Source: an uncultured SAR86 cluster bacterium
GTDB taxonomy: Bacteria > Pseudomonadota > Gammaproteobacteria > Magnimaribacterales > D2472
Length of the DNA: 64,000 nt
Assembly: GCA_902623535.1 (NCBI GenBank)
Contig: CACNUA010000002.1
Location: forward strand, 74,222 to 138,221
Direction: 5' to 3'
Positions 63,290 to 64,000 of this stretch are shown piece by piece. How positions within the stretch are numbered: the stretch's first letter is position 1; every line of letters begins with the position of its first letter. The notes beneath the pieces were generated by a model that was given only the letters and a program-made list of their open reading frames with translations, ran no database searches and was not told the DNA's origin. Made by a program: the position numbers and the translations under genes.

Positions 63290-63871
63290 ATGTTTAAGAT
63301 ATTACTAAGAAATATTATTTGTGTTGCAGGCCTGATTATTGTGTTGCCATTTTTTTTAGTATATTCATTTCTATTATTGTTAGAGGATGGAAGACCTTTG
63401 TTATTTTCACAACAAAGGTTAGGTAAAAATAAAAGGTGCTTCGATATTTATAAATTGAGAACAATGAAAAATGGTACGCCAAATAAAGGCACTCATGAAA
63501 TTCAGCATGATAATTATTTAACTATTGGAAGATTTGCAAGAAAAATAAAGCTAGATGAATTTCCGCAACTTATAAATGTTTTGAAGGGAGATTTAAATTT
63601 AATTGGACATAGACCTGGTCTTAGTAATCAAGTTGCTCTAAGGGATAATAGAGATAGCTTGTCAGTGTTTGATCATAAGCCTGGAATAACAGGGCTTTCA
63701 CAGGTTACAGGCCATGATATGAGTGATCCAAAACTGTTAAGTAAAATTGATTCTATATATCCGAAAATTAAATCAATAAAACTTGATATGAAAATTCTAT
63801 TTGCCACTATTACAGGCATTTTTAGAAATAACTTATTAGAAATTGTTAAAAGAGAGCTTAAAGATGTTTAA
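63290..63871 (+). CDS. small bacterial sugar transferase (polyprenyl-phosphate phosphoglycosyltransferase, PglC/WbaP-C type)
   Basis: 193 aa with one N-terminal re-entrant helix, then EDGRPLLFSQQRLGKNKRCFDIYKLRTM and DEFPQLINVLKGDLNLIGHRP. Confidence 0.85.
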   Translation: MFKILLRNIICVAGLIIVLPFFLVYSFLLLLEDGRPLLFSQQRLGKNKRCFDIYKLRTMKNGTPNKGTHEIQHDNYLTIGRFARKIKLDEFPQLINVLKGDLNLIGHRPGLSNQVALRDNRDSLSVFDHKPGITGLSQVTGHDMSDPKLLSKIDSIYPKIKSIKLDMKILFATITGIFRNNLLEIVKRELKDV

Positions 63872-64000
63872 TTTTTTAAAAAAAAATAAAGAGGTTGTTG
63901 AAGAAGTCAAAAAAATAGATTTTGTTGCTCTTGATCTTTTAATGCATGTTGCTTTGGCTGATGGGAGTATCGCAAAAGATGAAATAGATAATGTATTGCA
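63864..64000 (+). CDS. TerB-like domain protein, N-terminal fragment; CDS continues past the right edge
   Basis: Hand translation from the ATG at 63864 (an ATGTTTAA overlap with the preceding stop): MFNFLKKNKEVVEEVKKIDFVALDLLMHVALADGSIAKDEIDNVL. The LL-x-VA-x-ADG-x-I-x-x-E pattern is TerB/DjlA-N-like. Confidence 0.45.
   Translation, partial: MFNFLKKNKEVVEEVKKIDFVALDLLMHVALADGSIAKDEIDNVL

Noticed and set aside
1-64000. Search for CRISPR arrays, tRNA/rRNA genes, IS elements with terminal inverted repeats, and toxin-antitoxin or defence-type genes (nucleases, ATPases, methylase-restriction pairs).
   Set aside because: No regularly spaced repeats, no cloverleaf-like G/C-rich segments in any intergenic gap, no transposase-like ORF and no defence-associated motif were seen. 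The intergenic space is too small to hide such elements, apart from the short features already listed.

Overview
This is a visibly AT-rich (GC not computed), very gene-dense bacterial chromosome segment. I call about 60 protein-coding genes and found no rRNA, tRNA or CRISPR array. The gene content (TonB-dependent receptor, RraA, GlpG-type rhomboid, Prc, FumC, many acyl-CoA dehydrogenases, overlapping gene ends) fits a streamlined marine proteobacterium. A SAR86-like gammaproteobacterium is my unverified guess.

Layout:
- 1-12.3 kb: housekeeping and lipid genes (pyrD-galU-rhomboid-nadK operon, Sir2, ADH, a tandem acyl-CoA dehydrogenase pair, mazG, acyltransferase, rraA, a TPR-sulfotransferase, GST).
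- 12.4-22.7 kb: an Atu/Liu-like branched-chain/acyclic-terpenoid catabolic operon. It has acyl-CoA carboxylase beta and alpha, an embedded TetR, an AtuA-family protein, an enoyl-CoA hydratase and a second tandem ACAD pair. A 9-bp inverted repeat lies upstream.
- 23.3-26.6 kb: prc, xthA, tadA.
- 26.6-42.9 kb: an accessory glycan-decoration island. This is the most interesting part. It carries two cytidylyltransferase fusion proteins, a formyltransferase-like protein, an Asp-box propeller-like orphan, a SIS isomerase, a Gfo/Idh/MocA oxidoreductase, two paralogous ~600-aa orphan putative transferases flanking a double methyltransferase, a sulfotransferase and a further methyltransferase. I recognise no classical GT, Wzx or Wzy. 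The island ends in an integrase-N-terminal-like fragment next to the 3' end of guaA.
- 43-56 kb: purine genes (guaA, PRTase, NCS2 permease, guaB) interrupted by a TonB-dependent receptor, then phhB, fumC, an aldolase, ALDH and photolyase.
- 56-64 kb: a KdsB-like cytidylyltransferase / HpcH aldolase / 2-hydroxyacid dehydrogenase / IMPase operon, a PQQ sugar dehydrogenase, and a PglF/PglC-type glycan initiation module.

All functional calls come from motif recognition by eye. No database search was run.
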